Shown here piece after piece: positions 54,467 through 54,615 of a stretch of 54,615 bases of DNA (the first letter of the stretch is position 1; the number at the start of each line of letters is the position of its first letter). The notes under the pieces were generated by a model. It was not told where the DNA came from and ran no database searches. It saw nothing but the letters and a program-made list of their open reading frames with translations. Made by a program: the position numbers and the translations under genes. Source of the DNA: Patescibacteria group bacterium (GTDB lineage: Bacteria > Patescibacteriota > Patescibacteriia > Patescibacteriales > VMTK01); NCBI GenBank assembly GCA_018896595.1, contig JAHIME010000003.1:1-54615 (forward strand), given 5' to 3'.

Positions 54467-54615
54467 TCAAAATTTGTACGATTGCATAGTCAAGGTTACC
54501 TTTTCAAGAGGTATTATGTATAAAGAATTAAATAAAGAACCGGCGATTTTTTGCGCCGGCGTCAGCCGGTTCATGCCATAGCCGCCATGGCGGCGCTGCT
54601 CATTGTAATAAACCA
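54467..54615 (-). mobile_element. C-terminal fragment of an rve (integrase-core) transposase, cut by the right edge
   Basis: Absent from the ORF track. The minus-strand frame reads VYYNEQRRHGGYGMNRLTPAQKIAG...*, with TGA at 54467-54469. The YN..R.H..L....P tail is typical of IS3/IS481-type DDE transposases. The region is GC-richer than the core. Confidence 0.6.

Noticed and set aside
1-54615. Possibility of UGA recoding (genetic code 25), as in some CPR lineages.
   Set aside because: Conserved genes are intact under the standard code and several end at TGA, for example the eno/gpmI ATGA overlap and the 203-aa ORF. TGA behaves as a stop here.

Overview
AT-rich 54.6-kb window with almost every gene on the minus strand. 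Gene content and order suggest a small-genome Patescibacteria/CPR-like bacterium; this is an inference from the missing L30, pilin-like and DUF5671-like proteins, extended ribosomal proteins and standard TGA stops. Core content, in window order: aspS, recO, ruvX, map, adk, a MacB-like ABC pair, secY, a contiguous spc/S10 ribosomal cluster (rplO to rpsJ), tuf, fusA, rpsG, rpsL, an M50 protease, rpmB (+), tRNA-Val(CAC), rnhA, recJ, lepA, murJ, a glycolytic block (two tandem gpmI, eno, pgk), an HtrA-like PDZ protein and pilT. The main accessory region is a sharply AT-richer five-gene operon (27.7-33.7 kb). It runs unknown 203-aa, unknown 92-aa, PIN nuclease, Type III-like Mod, then Res, all tightly coupled, and is my best candidate for an undescribed composite defence system. 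Next to it lie an SDH/ClpP-fold protease, a coupled Cys-rich protein and radC, abutting the 3' end of tRNA-Val. The window also holds several families of palindromic or repeat DNA. Some are inserted in frame into essential genes: a 108-nt nested palindrome in lepA and a 23-nt GC hairpin shared by adk and rplX. Other notable items are a duplicated eno 5' end flanking an inserted AAA ATPase gene, a structured 270-nt spacer splitting rpsJ from rplC, and GC-richer contig edges with a secreted-protein fragment on the left and a transposase C-terminus on the right. All product calls come from motif recognition by eye; no database search was run.
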